DNA from: an uncultured Acidobacteriota bacterium
GTDB taxonomy: Bacteria; Acidobacteriota; Thermoanaerobaculia; UBA5066
DNA: 64,000 nucleotides
NCBI GenBank assembly: GCA_963776915.1
Contig: CAVZPE010000004.1
Location: forward strand, 513,812-577,811
Direction of reading: 5' to 3'
Position numbers and translations under genes: made by a program. The first letter of the stretch is position 1. Every line of letters starts with the position of its first letter. The notes beneath the pieces are model-generated. The model saw nothing but the letters and a program-made list of their open reading frames with translations, was not told the origin of the DNA and ran no database searches. Shown here piece after piece: positions 32,710-41,284 of this stretch.

Positions 32710-33305
32710 CGGAGGGCCTCGCGGGCGGCCGCGAGCTTCTCCTCGGCCGCGCTCGGCCGGCCGTAGGCGACGCGGCCCGGCTCGGGATTGGCCGCGGCGG
32801 CGAGGCGCGCGGCGGCGGAGGCGAGAGGAAGTCCCGCCCGGGCGAGGTCGACGACGGGGATCCCCGCGGCGGAGGCCTCGGCGAGGACGGCGTCCCGGGG
32901 ACGAGGCGCGGGCTCTTCCGAGAGCCTCCCGGCGTTCCGGCGCGCCGCGTGGACGTCCCCGCGCCCCGCGTCCAGGACGAACAGCACGTCGGCGGGCTCG
33001 ATGAGCGCCGCCGAGGCGGCCCGGAACGTCGGGACGAGGACGAGCGGGATTCCCCGGGCGCGCGCGAGTCCCCGCGCGAACGCGATCCCGGCGCGCAGGC
33101 CCGTGAACGAGCCCGGACCCGAGAGCACCGCGACGCGGTCGAGGTCGGCGACCCCGAGTCCCGCGTCGCCGAGCGCCTCGGCGACGGCCCGGGGCAGCGC
33201 CTCGGCGGCCGCCGCGGGCAGCGGGCGGACACGCCCCTGGCCGGCCTCGTCCGCGACCGCGAGCGCGGGACCGGGGGAGGCCGAATCGAGCGAGAGGACG
33301 CGCAT
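32706..33305 (-). CDS. tsaB: tRNA t6A37 threonylcarbamoyl-transfer protein TsaB
   Basis: This is the last 199 aa of ORF 32706-35951 (MRVLSLDSASPGPALAV..LSGPGSFTGLRAGIAFARGLA). The rest of that ORF is antisense to mutS. Confidence 0.8.
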   Translation of the reverse strand: MRVLSLDSASPGPALAVADEAGQGRVRPLPAAAAEALPRAVAEALGDAGLGVADLDRVAVLSGPGSFTGLRAGIAFARGLARARGIPLVLVPTFRAASAALIEPADVLFVLDAGRGDVHAARRNAGRLSEEPAPRPRDAVLAEASAAGIPVVDLARAGLPLASAAARLAAAANPEPGRVAYGRPSAAEEKLAAAREALR

Positions 33306-33344
33306 CGGCGAGGTGTCCCTCGATGCTAGCATCCCCGCCTTCCG

Positions 33345-35972
33345 ATGCGCGCGACGCCCATGCTCGAGCAGTACTGGGCACTGAAGCGGGAAGCGGGGGA
33401 CGCGATCCTTCTCTACCGCCTCGGGGACTTCTACGAGATGTTCTTCGAGGACGCCGAGATCGCGGCGCCGCTCCTCGGCCTCGTGCTGACGGCCCGCCAC
33501 AAGGACAGCGACATCGAGGCGCCGATGTGCGGGATCCCGCAGCACGCCCTCGAGACGTACCTCGCCCGGCTCGTGGGAGCGGGCAAGAAGGTGGCGATCT
33601 CCGAGCAGACCGAGGCGGCGGCCAAGGGGCGGACGCTCGTCGCGCGGAAGATCGTCCGCGTCGTGACGCCGGGGACGATCGTCGACCCGGAGCGGCTCGA
33701 CGCGCGCCGGCCGAACGAGATGGCCGCCGTCGCCTGGAACGGCGACGGCGCGGCCGTGTCGTCCCTCGACCTCTCGACGGGCGACTTCTCCGTCCTGCCG
33801 CTGCGCGACGCCGGGTCGCTGTCGGAGTGGCTCCTCCGCCGCGCCCCGCGCGAGCTCGTCGTCTTCCCCTCGGACCGCGAGCGGGCCGAGGCGCTCCTCG
33901 GAGCCCTGCGCTCCGGCTGGGCAGAGCCCCCGGCGCTCTCGGCGCTCGCCGCCGAGTCGCCCCGCGGCGCGAGCGCCGCCGAGCTCCTGAAGCGCCACTT
34001 CCGGACCGCGACGCTCGAGCCGTTCGGCCTCGGCGAAGGCGGCCCCTCCGTGGATGCGGCCGCGGCTCTCCTGTCGTACGCGCGGTCGACGCAGCGCTCC
34101 GACTGCGACCACGTGCGTTCGCTGCGGCACGAGACCGAGGGCGAGGGGCTCGTCGTCGACTCGGTCACGGCGGGCCATCTCGAGCTCTTTCGCTCGGCGC
34201 GCGACGGGAGCGCGAACGGCACACTCGTGTCCCTCCTCGACCGGACCGGGACGGCCTTCGGGGCGAGGACGCTGCGCCGCCTCCTCGAGCGCCCGCTCGG
34301 AAAGATCCCGGAGATCGAGGCGCGGCTGGACGCCGTCGAGGAGCTCATGGCCGACGCGGCCCGCCTCGAGGCGCTCGCGAAGGGATTCCGCGAGATCCCC
34401 GACCTCCCGCGCCTCGTCTCGCGCCTCGCGGTCGGCGCGGGGACACCGCGCGACCTCGCCGCGCTCGCGGCGGGGCTCGTCCGCGCGGGCCGCCTCGCCG
34501 GGACGCTCGACGGCGTCTCCTGCGCGCTCCTCGCGCCGGGCGGTGAGGCCTCGCCCGACGGCGTGCCCTTCGGGCTGGGGGAGTCCGTGTCGGCACGCCT
34601 CGTGGCCGAGCCGCCGCCGACGGCGAAGGACGGCGGCCTCTTCCGCGACGGCGTGGACGCGCTCGTGGACGAGATCCGGACCCTGCGGCGCGAGTCCGCG
34701 ACCGTCCTCGCGGCGCTCGAGGCCGACGAGAAGGCGGCGCGCGGGATCCCGACGCTGCGCGTGAAGTTCAACCAGGTCTTCGGGCACGTCTTCGAGGTTC
34801 CCGGCGCCGCCCGCGCCAGGATCCCGGAGGGCGCGCTCAAGCGCCAGACGCTCGCGAGCGTCGAGCGCTACGCGACGCCCGCGCTCGTGGAGGTCGACGA
34901 GAAGCTCCGCACCGCGGACGCGCGCCTCGCCGCGCGCGAGCTCGAGCTCTTCCTCGAGCTCGTCGGCGAGGTCGTGGAGGCGTCGGGCCGCATCCTCGCC
35001 GCGGCCGCGCGCCTCGGGCTCCTGGACGCGCTCGTCTCGCTGTCGCGCGTCGCCCGCGGCGCGGGCTGGTCGCGGCCACGCCTCGTCGAGGAGCCGGTCC
35101 TCGACGTGGAGGGAGGCCGGCACCCCGTCGTCGAGGCCCTGCGCCCGCGCGAGCCGTTCGTTCCCAACGACGCCTCCCTGGGAGGAGAGGGCGCGCACGT
35201 CGTCGTCCTCACGGGCCCGAACATGGGCGGCAAGTCGACGTACCTGAGGCAGAACGCGATTCTCGTCCTCCTCGCGCACGCCGGCTCGTTCGTCCCCGCG
35301 GCTTCCGCGCGCGTCGGGCTCTGCGACCGCATCTTCACGCGCGTCGGCGCGTCGGACTCGCTCGTCCGCGGGGAGTCGACGTTCCTCGTCGAGATGGCGG
35401 AGACGGCGCACATCCTGAGGCACGCGACCGGGCGCAGCCTCGTGATCCTCGACGAGATCGGGCGCGGAACCTCGACGTTCGACGGCCTCTCGCTCGCGTG
35501 GGCGATCGCCGAGCACCTCCACGACGCCGGGGTGCGACGCGTGCTCTTCGCGACGCACTATCACGAGCTCACGGAGATGGCGCTCGTGAAGCCGGACGTC
35601 GTGAACCGCACGATGACGGCGAAGGAGTGGAACGGCGAGGTCGTCTTCCTGCGCAAGGTGTCGGACGGGACGGCGGACCGCTCGTACGGCGTCCAGGTCG
35701 CACGGCTCGCGGGCATCCCGGAGCCGGTCCTCGCGAGGGCGCGCGAGATCCTCGGCAACCTCGAGCGCCACCAGCTCGACGTCGGCGGGCGCCCCGTTCT
35801 CGCCGAGCACGCGGGCGCGCCGCCCCAGAAGGACACGCAGCTCGACCTCTTCCGCGGGCAGGGCGAGCTCGTGCTCGACACGATCGGCAAGGCCGACATC
35901 GATTCCATGACGCCGCTCGCGGCTCTGCAACTGCTGGCCACCCTGCAGCACCGGCTCCGCGGGGAGGACTGA
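33345..35972 (+). CDS. mutS: DNA mismatch repair protein MutS
   Basis: This is an intact 875-aa ORF. It carries TPMLEQYWALK, GDFYEMFFEDA, the Walker A motif GPNMGGKSTYLRQ, and DEIGRGTSTFDG. Confidence 0.97.
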   Translation: MRATPMLEQYWALKREAGDAILLYRLGDFYEMFFEDAEIAAPLLGLVLTARHKDSDIEAPMCGIPQHALETYLARLVGAGKKVAISEQTEAAAKGRTLVARKIVRVVTPGTIVDPERLDARRPNEMAAVAWNGDGAAVSSLDLSTGDFSVLPLRDAGSLSEWLLRRAPRELVVFPSDRERAEALLGALRSGWAEPPALSALAAESPRGASAAELLKRHFRTATLEPFGLGEGGPSVDAAAALLSYARSTQRSDCDHVRSLRHETEGEGLVVDSVTAGHLELFRSARDGSANGTLVSLLDRTGTAFGARTLRRLLERPLGKIPEIEARLDAVEELMADAARLEALAKGFREIPDLPRLVSRLAVGAGTPRDLAALAAGLVRAGRLAGTLDGVSCALLAPGGEASPDGVPFGLGESVSARLVAEPPPTAKDGGLFRDGVDALVDEIRTLRRESATVLAALEADEKAARGIPTLRVKFNQVFGHVFEVPGAARARIPEGALKRQTLASVERYATPALVEVDEKLRTADARLAARELELFLELVGEVVEASGRILAAAARLGLLDALVSLSRVARGAGWSRPRLVEEPVLDVEGGRHPVVEALRPREPFVPNDASLGGEGAHVVVLTGPNMGGKSTYLRQNAILVLLAHAGSFVPAASARVGLCDRIFTRVGASDSLVRGESTFLVEMAETAHILRHATGRSLVILDEIGRGTSTFDGLSLAWAIAEHLHDAGVRRVLFATHYHELTEMALVKPDVVNRTMTAKEWNGEVVFLRKVSDGTADRSYGVQVARLAGIPEPVLARAREILGNLERHQLDVGGRPVLAEHAGAPPQKDTQLDLFRGQGELVLDTIGKADIDSMTPLAALQLLATLQHRLRGED

Positions 35973-35987
35973 CCTTGCGTGGGACGT

Positions 35988-36168
35988 CCGAAGAGCGACG
36001 AAGGAAGAAGAAAGAAGATTCTCTTAGAAGGTGAAGAGGGGCGTGGCTGAGTCGGGCGCCCCGCGTTTCGTGTTCGGCCTGCACGGCCCCGCGCTGGATG
36101 CGGAGGAGAGGGCCTTTTTTTCGGCGCATCCGCCTCTCGGCTTCCTCCTGTTCAAGAGAAATCTTCAA
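35988..36168. repeat. Repeat copy C: polypurine arm plus forward core (35988-36042), with the partner reverse core at 36143-36168
   Basis: The left arm is CCGAAGAGCGACGAAGGAAGAAGAAAGAAGATTCTCTTAGAAGGTGAAGAGGGG and contains the nagZ GTG start. The partner TTCAAGAGAAATCTTCAATCGCCC matches copy B (reverse complement TTCGAAGAAAATCTTCAATCGCCC). Native NagZ N-terminal codons lie between the two cores. Confidence 0.65.
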
Positions 36169-37149
36169 TCGCCCTCACAAGTCGTGTCGCTGATCGAGGA
36201 GCTGCGAGGGCTCGGGGGGGCGGGAGCGGCGCCCGCCTCCGCGGGCGCCGCTCCCGCCCCGCTCCTCTTCGTGGACCAGGAGGGCGGGACCGTGGACCGC
36301 ATCGGCCCGCTCCTCGGCGTTCCGTTCGCGTCGGCCGCGGCCTGCGCGGAGGCCGGGACGGACCGCGTGCACGAGAACGCGTACCTCATGGGCCGGGCCG
36401 CGCGCCTCCTGGGATTCGACGTGGACTTCGCGCCCTGCCTCGACCTCGGGCAGCCCGGCGCGGGCGCGGTCGTCCTCGAGGGCCGGTGCTTCGGCTTCCA
36501 CGCCGAGGACGTCGTGATCGGCGGGATGGTCTTTCTCCACGGCCTCGCGCGCGCGGGCCTCGCGACCTGCGTCAAGCACTTCCCGGGTCTCGGGCGCGGC
36601 GCGGTGGACTCGCACGCGAAGCTGCCCGTCGTGGACGCGCACGACGTCGACCTCATGGTCACGGACGTCGCGCCCTTCGCGAAGCTCGGCCGCGGGGCCG
36701 ACGGGGTCATGGTCGGCCACGCGGCGTACCCCGGCTTCGAGAACGGAGCGATCGTGCCGGCGTCGCTCTCGCCGCGGATCCACGGAATCCTGCGCGGACC
36801 CGTCCGCTTCGAGGGCGTCGTCTACTCGGACGACCTCGAGATGAACGCTCTCGAGGGGACGCTGCCCGAGCGCGCCGAGCGCGCCGCGGCCGCCGGCTGC
36901 GACGTCGTGATCCTCTCGAGGACGTTCGAGGCCTACGCCGAGGCGGTCGCCCGCGTGGACGCCCTCGGCCCCGATGCCGCCCGCGCCGGGCGTCTCGACG
37001 CCCTCCGCCGCCGCGTCGCGGGCGCCCCGCGCCCGCGGTTCACCGAGGAGGCCTGGGCGAAGCTCGCGGAAGAGGCGGCAGCGTTCGGGGAGTTGATGTC
37101 GAAGCCGAGAGAGAAGAGAAGAGACGAAGACTTCGGAAGATTTTCTTAG
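36031..37149 (+). CDS. nagZ: Beta-N-acetylhexosaminidase (GH3, NagZ-like)
   Basis: This is an intact 372-aa ORF. LDAEERAFFSAHPPLGFLLFKRN, DQEGGTV and KHFPGLG are GH3 N-terminal domain motifs. The last 16 codons and the TAG stop lie in repeat D. Confidence 0.85.
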   Translation: MKRGVAESGAPRFVFGLHGPALDAEERAFFSAHPPLGFLLFKRNLQSPSQVVSLIEELRGLGGAGAAPASAGAAPAPLLFVDQEGGTVDRIGPLLGVPFASAAACAEAGTDRVHENAYLMGRAARLLGFDVDFAPCLDLGQPGAGAVVLEGRCFGFHAEDVVIGGMVFLHGLARAGLATCVKHFPGLGRGAVDSHAKLPVVDAHDVDLMVTDVAPFAKLGRGADGVMVGHAAYPGFENGAIVPASLSPRIHGILRGPVRFEGVVYSDDLEMNALEGTLPERAERAAAAGCDVVILSRTFEAYAEAVARVDALGPDAARAGRLDALRRRVAGAPRPRFTEEAWAKLAEEAAAFGELMSKPREKRRDEDFGRFS

Positions 37150-37370
37150 AAGGGAGAAGAGAGGAAAGAGGAAGATTCTTCTGCTAAGAGCGGCCGCTTC
37201 TCGCGGCCGCTCCGGAACGAATCTGTGCGCGCGCCGGGCTGTCAAGGGCGCGCTTCGCGCGCCGCGTAGCGGCCGAAGGCCCTTGACAGCGCGCCGCGCG
37301 CCCATCTTTCCTCGGCGGCGGCTGCGCATGCAGCCGCCGATAGCAGAAGAAATCTTCTCTTCTTCTCTCT
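37106..37370. repeat. Mosaic palindromic repeat, copy D (long form), between convergent nagZ and ssb
   Basis: The outer arms are GAGAGAGAAGAGAAGAGACGAAGA and TCTTCTCTTCTTCTCTCTTC. The cores are GAAGATTTTCTTAGAAGGGA (37136), GGAAGATTCTTCTGCTAAGAGC (37170) and GCAGAAGAAATCTTCT (37343). The interior hairpins are GCGGCCGC-TTCTC-GCGGCCGC, CTGTCAAGGGC...GCCCTTGACAG and CGGCGGCTGC-GCAT-GCAGCCGCCG. Confidence 0.85.
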
Positions 37371-37796
37371 TCAGAACGGGACGTCGTCGTCCGCGTCGCC
37401 GCCCTCCGGCGCCTCCGGCGCCGCAGCAGTGACGCCCGAGCTGGAGCCCGCGTCGGGCCGGCCGCCGAGCATCTTCATGTCGCGGGCCTTGATCTCCGTC
37501 GCATAGCGCTTCTGCCCGGACTCCTTGTCGTCCCAGCTGCGCGTCTGCAGCGAGCCCTCGATGTAGACGAGGCGGCCCTTCGACAGGTAGCGCTCGCAGA
37601 TGCTCGCGAGCTTGTCGAAGGCGATGACCGTGTGCCATTCGGTCTTCTCCTGCTTCTGCCCGCTGGCGCGGTCGTTCCACGTCTCGGTCGTCGCGACCCT
37701 CAGGCGCGCGATGGGGACGCCGCCGGTCGTGGCGCGCATCTCGGGGTCGGCGCCCAGGTGGCCGATCAGGATGACTTTGTTGACAGAACCAGCCAT
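37371..37796 (-). CDS. ssb: Single-stranded DNA-binding protein
   Basis: A 141-aa protein starts at the internal ATG 37796 of ORF 37371-39446. The sequence is NKVILIGHLGADPEMR..EKTEWHTVIAF with the acidic tail DADDDVPF. Confidence 0.9.
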   Translation of the reverse strand: MAGSVNKVILIGHLGADPEMRATTGGVPIARLRVATTETWNDRASGQKQEKTEWHTVIAFDKLASICERYLSKGRLVYIEGSLQTRSWDDKESGQKRYATEIKARDMKMLGGRPDAGSSSGVTAAAPEAPEGGDADDDVPF

Positions 37797-37835
37797 GGCT
37801 CCTCCGATGGGCCCGGATCCTACAATCCCCCCGGC

Positions 37836-39401
37836 TTGAGCGACACGCGGAACCTCGTCCGGTCGACCTGGGGCATCACCGCGTGGGCGGTGCTCTCCCG
37901 GCTGGCGGGCGTCCTGCGCGACGCGACGATCGCCCGGTTCCTCGGGGCCTCGGCGTCGTCGGACGCGTTCTACACGGCGTTCCGGATCCCGAACACCTTC
38001 CGCGCGATCGTGGGGGAGGGGGGCCTGCCGGGGGCCTTCGTGCCCATGGCCAAGAAGGTCGAGCGCGAGCGCCCCGGCGAGGAGGGCGCCTACGCGGGCC
38101 GGATGCTCCTCCTCCTCGGCTGCGTCCTCGTCGGGCTCGTGGCCGTCGGGATCCTCCTCGCCGAGCCGATCGTCGCCCTCTTCGCGAGCGGCTTCCGGTC
38201 GACACCCGGCAAGTTCGAGCTGACGGTCCTCCTGACGCGGTGGATGTTCCCGTACGTCCTCCTCGTCTCGGTGGCCTCGCTGTTCGAGGCCTACCTCAAC
38301 TCGAAGGGGTTCTTCCAGCTCTCCGCCGCGACTCCCATCGCGTGGAACCTCTCGATCGTGGCGGCCGCGTGGCTGCTCGCGCCCGCGGGCGTGCCGCCGC
38401 TCACGGCCCTCACGGCCGGGGTCCTCGTCGGGGGCACCATGCAGGCCGCGCTGCAGGGGCCCGCGGTCCGCCGGCTCGGCCTGCGGTTCGAGGGATCGCC
38501 GTTCCGGGACCCGGAGGTGCGGAGCACGGCGCTCCGGATCGCCCCGCGCCTCTACGGCGCCGGGGTCGGGCAGCTCTCGTTCCTCGTCTCGAGCCGCACG
38601 CTCGCGGCCCTCGGCGACGCGTTCGTGACCTACAACTTCTGCGCCTTCCGCCTCGTGGACTTCGTCCTCGGCGGTTTCGTCGTCTCCCTCACGCGCACCG
38701 TCCTTCCCTCCCTGTCCGAGCAGGCGCTCGGGAAGGACCGTTCGGCCTACAAGGCGACCGTGGCGTTCGCCCTGCGCCTCATCGGGTTCGTGACGATCCC
38801 GTCCATGGTGGGCCTCATGCTCCTCGCCGCGCCGATCGTCGACGTCGTCTTCCGGCGCGGGCGGTTCGCGGAGGGAGACGTCACGAAGACGGCGCTCGCG
38901 GTCGTGTTCTTCGCCCTCGGGCTCTACGCGGCGGCGGGCGTGAAGATCGTGACGCAGGCCTTCTACGCGCTCCACGACACGCGGACGCCGGTCGTCGTCG
39001 CGACGTTCGACCTCGCCGTGTTCTGGACGCTGTGCGTCTGGCTCGCGAAGCCCATGCAGCACGCGGGCGTCGCCCTCGCGACGTCGGCGGGGTTCTGGAT
39101 CAACTTCCTCCTCCTCCTCGCCCTCCTCTGGCGGCGGCTCGGGTCGCTGGGCGGGCGCGTCGTGATCGCGGCGCTCGCGCGCCTTCTCCTCGCGAGCCTC
39201 GGGATGGGGGGCGTCGTGTGGCTCTTCGCGCACCGGCTCGTGCCGTACGACTTCCGGTGGGTCTTCCTCGCGCGCGCGGGCTGGGTCGCGGGCGCGGCCG
39301 CGCTCGGCGCGGCGGCGTTCCTGGCGTTCGCGGCGCTGCTCCGCGCGCCGGAGGTCGGGGAGGCGCTCGGCGCCCTGGGGCGGAAGAGGGTGCCGTCTTG
39401 A
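37836..39401 (+). CDS. murJ: Lipid II flippase MurJ
   Basis: I chose the TTG at 37836, in frame with ORF 37632, giving MSDTRNLVRSTWGITAWAVLSRLAGVLRDATIARFLGAS..DAFYTAFRIPN. The protein is polytopic throughout. Confidence 0.85.
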   Translation: MSDTRNLVRSTWGITAWAVLSRLAGVLRDATIARFLGASASSDAFYTAFRIPNTFRAIVGEGGLPGAFVPMAKKVERERPGEEGAYAGRMLLLLGCVLVGLVAVGILLAEPIVALFASGFRSTPGKFELTVLLTRWMFPYVLLVSVASLFEAYLNSKGFFQLSAATPIAWNLSIVAAAWLLAPAGVPPLTALTAGVLVGGTMQAALQGPAVRRLGLRFEGSPFRDPEVRSTALRIAPRLYGAGVGQLSFLVSSRTLAALGDAFVTYNFCAFRLVDFVLGGFVVSLTRTVLPSLSEQALGKDRSAYKATVAFALRLIGFVTIPSMVGLMLLAAPIVDVVFRRGRFAEGDVTKTALAVVFFALGLYAAAGVKIVTQAFYALHDTRTPVVVATFDLAVFWTLCVWLAKPMQHAGVALATSAGFWINFLLLLALLWRRLGSLGGRVVIAALARLLLASLGMGGVVWLFAHRLVPYDFRWVFLARAGWVAGAAALGAAAFLAFAALLRAPEVGEALGALGRKRVPS

Positions 39402-39416
39402 CCGTCCCGCCGCCGC

Positions 39417-39435
39417 CTTATATGGTTGCCATATG
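39417..39435 (+). promoter_or_regulatory. Candidate vapBC operator / -10 region
   Basis: ATATGG-TTG-CCATAT is an inverted repeat that overlaps a TTATAT hexamer and the vapB ATG. RHH antitoxins commonly autoregulate at palindromes of this kind. Confidence 0.35.
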
Positions 39436-39666
39436 GCGACGCTCAAGACGACCGTCTACCTGGACAGCGACGACTACCGGAGGCTGAAGGCGATCGCGCG
39501 GGAGGCCGGCCGCGCTCCCGCGGAGATGGTCCGCGAGGCCGTGTCGGAGTACGCGAGGCGCCACGGACGCAGGCGCCTGCCGAAGAGCCTCGGGGCCGGA
39601 CGCGGTGCGACCGACGACGGCGGGACCCGCGCCGAGGAGCACCTCGCCGGATTCGGCCGTTCCTGA
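39433..39666 (+). CDS. vapB: Ribbon-helix-helix (CopG-family) antitoxin
   Basis: This is a 77-aa ORF. KTTVYLDSDDYRRLKAIAREAGRAPAEMVREAV is an RHH motif. It overlaps the PIN toxin gene by 1 nt (TGATG). Confidence 0.75.
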   Translation: MATLKTTVYLDSDDYRRLKAIAREAGRAPAEMVREAVSEYARRHGRRRLPKSLGAGRGATDDGGTRAEEHLAGFGRS

Positions 39667-40079
39667 TGATCGTCGCCGACACGGGGGCCGTGTACGCGCT
39701 CGTCGATTCGAGGGAACGCCATCACCGCGTCCTTCGAAGGCTCTTCGAGTCCGATCCGGACGCCTGGGTCCTGCCGTGGGCCATCCTTCCGGAGGTGGAC
39801 TACCTGGTGGGAAAACGCCTCGGACAGAAGGTCGAGGACGAGTTTCTCGAGGATCTCGCCGAGGGGCGCTTCGCGGTCGCGTGGGGGGACGAAGACGATC
39901 TTCGGGAAGCTCGCCGGATCTGCGCGCGCCACCGGGCGCTGAAGTTCGGGCTCGTCGACGCGACCGTCATGGCCGTCGCCGAGAGGCTGAAGGCGAACGC
40001 GATCGCCACCCTCGACGTGCGCGATTTCGGCGCCGTGGCCCTGAAGGGCTCGCCGAAGCTCTATCCCCGCGATCTCTGA
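39666..40079 (+). CDS. vapC: PIN-domain toxin VapC
   Basis: The protein starts at the internal ATG of ORF 39426 (MIVADTGAVYALVDSRERHH..EVDYL..GLVDATVMAVAERL). The conserved acidic residues are at typical PIN positions. Confidence 0.75.
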   Translation: MIVADTGAVYALVDSRERHHRVLRRLFESDPDAWVLPWAILPEVDYLVGKRLGQKVEDEFLEDLAEGRFAVAWGDEDDLREARRICARHRALKFGLVDATVMAVAERLKANAIATLDVRDFGAVALKGSPKLYPRDL

Positions 40080-40084
40080 CGCGG

Positions 40085-40120
40085 GAAACGAAAACGCCCG
40101 CCGGCGAGACCGGCGGGCGT
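40085..40120 (-). terminator. Rho-independent terminator (minus strand) between vapC and the secreted-protein gene
   Basis: The stem is ACGCCCGCCGG / CCGGCGGGCGT (11 bp) with loop CGAGA, followed on the minus strand by TTTTCGTTTCC. Confidence 0.7.
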
Positions 40121-40142
40121 CGGGGATCAGAGGGAACGGGGA

Positions 40143-41106
40143 TCAGTGCCCGTCGAGGCAGCCCTTCTGGCCGCTGCTGTTCGGGTAGCCGGTGCCGGCC
40201 GTGTAGGCCGCGTTCGACCACTCGCCCTGCAGCTTCCACGAGGTGCCGCCCGAGAACGAGACCGACGGGACGTTGAACGTCCAGGCGCACTTGTCGCCGT
40301 TCTCGGCGCCCGAGGAGTCGAACCAGCCCGTGCCGCGGGGATCGGTCATCGCCTCGGAGAGCTCGTGCGCGGAGACGTTCGCGAGGGCCGCGAGACCCTG
40401 CGAATGCGTCGTCGTCGTGTCCTGCGGGTCGCAACCGGCGTCGCCGTCGAGGTTGAAGAAGAACGCGAACTGGATCGGAACGCCGTTGCAGCTTCCCCAG
40501 CTGTGCCACGCGCAATATCCGGCGTGCCCGCGTTTGACGTCCGTGTAGACCGGGTAGTAGCCGTTCCGCCACGGGACTCGAGATCGTCTTGCAGACTTCT
40601 GCGAGGATCGGTGCGGTCCGGCTGCCCCCGGTCGCCGTCGAGAAGTCGAGATGGCGGCCGTTGAACTGGGACGCCGCGGTCACCTGGCCGTTGCTCCCGC
40701 TGTACTCGGTGGAGGTCTTCGCGTAGTTGCTCCCGCCGAAACCCTGGTAGAACGAGTCGAGGCCCGTGACCTTGTCACCCGCGAAAGTACCCACGTTCCA
40801 GCTCGGCCCCCAGAAGATGCTCTCGACGGCCGAGGAAACCATGATCGGGCCGTTGTGCCAGGTCATGTTCGGCGATCCGCCGCCTCCGGGCCTCCTGAGC
40901 GCCTGCCGCCCGGCGGCCTTCGCGTGCTCCTCGCGCGTCAGGAAGATGACCGTCGGCGCGTCGGTCGGCGCGCCCTCCACGTCCGATGCGGCCACGGTGG
41001 TGTCCGCGTCGCCACTCACGGCGCGCACGTCCTCCGCGAACGCGGGCGCGGCCGCGAGGGCGAACGCCGCCACGAGGGCCAGGACTGGAATCTGCCCCTT
41101 CTTCAT
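40143..41106 (-). pseudogene. Secreted hypothetical protein (~320 aa), one frame change near 40577
   Basis: The signal peptide is MKKGQIPVLALVAAFALAAAPAFA, preceded by an AGGAGGA RBS. After ...CKTISSP the protein continues in another frame: WRNGYYPVYTDVKRGHAGYCAWHSWG..SAHELSEAMTDPRGTGWFDSSGAENGDKCAW..CLDGH*. Confidence 0.55.
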
Positions 41107-41284
41107 GGAATCTCCTCCTGAACGGACCGGTATCTCGCCGTGAATTGGCTCGACGGACGGGCAGCGAGTACCCCGACCGAGGCCCCGGTTGCTTGCTGGA
41201 CCTGTACGCTAACAGAGAGCAAGACTCTCTCTCAACGGAAATCCCGATGACGCGGCGGAGCAAAGGCGGCGCGTCAGGAGCCCG

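Noticed and set aside
32706-35951. A 1081-aa minus-strand ORF. The 691-aa ORF at 37371-39446 is a similar case.
   Set aside because: Only the 3'-terminal parts are real (tsaB, 199 aa; ssb, 141 aa). The upstream extensions are antisense to mutS and murJ.
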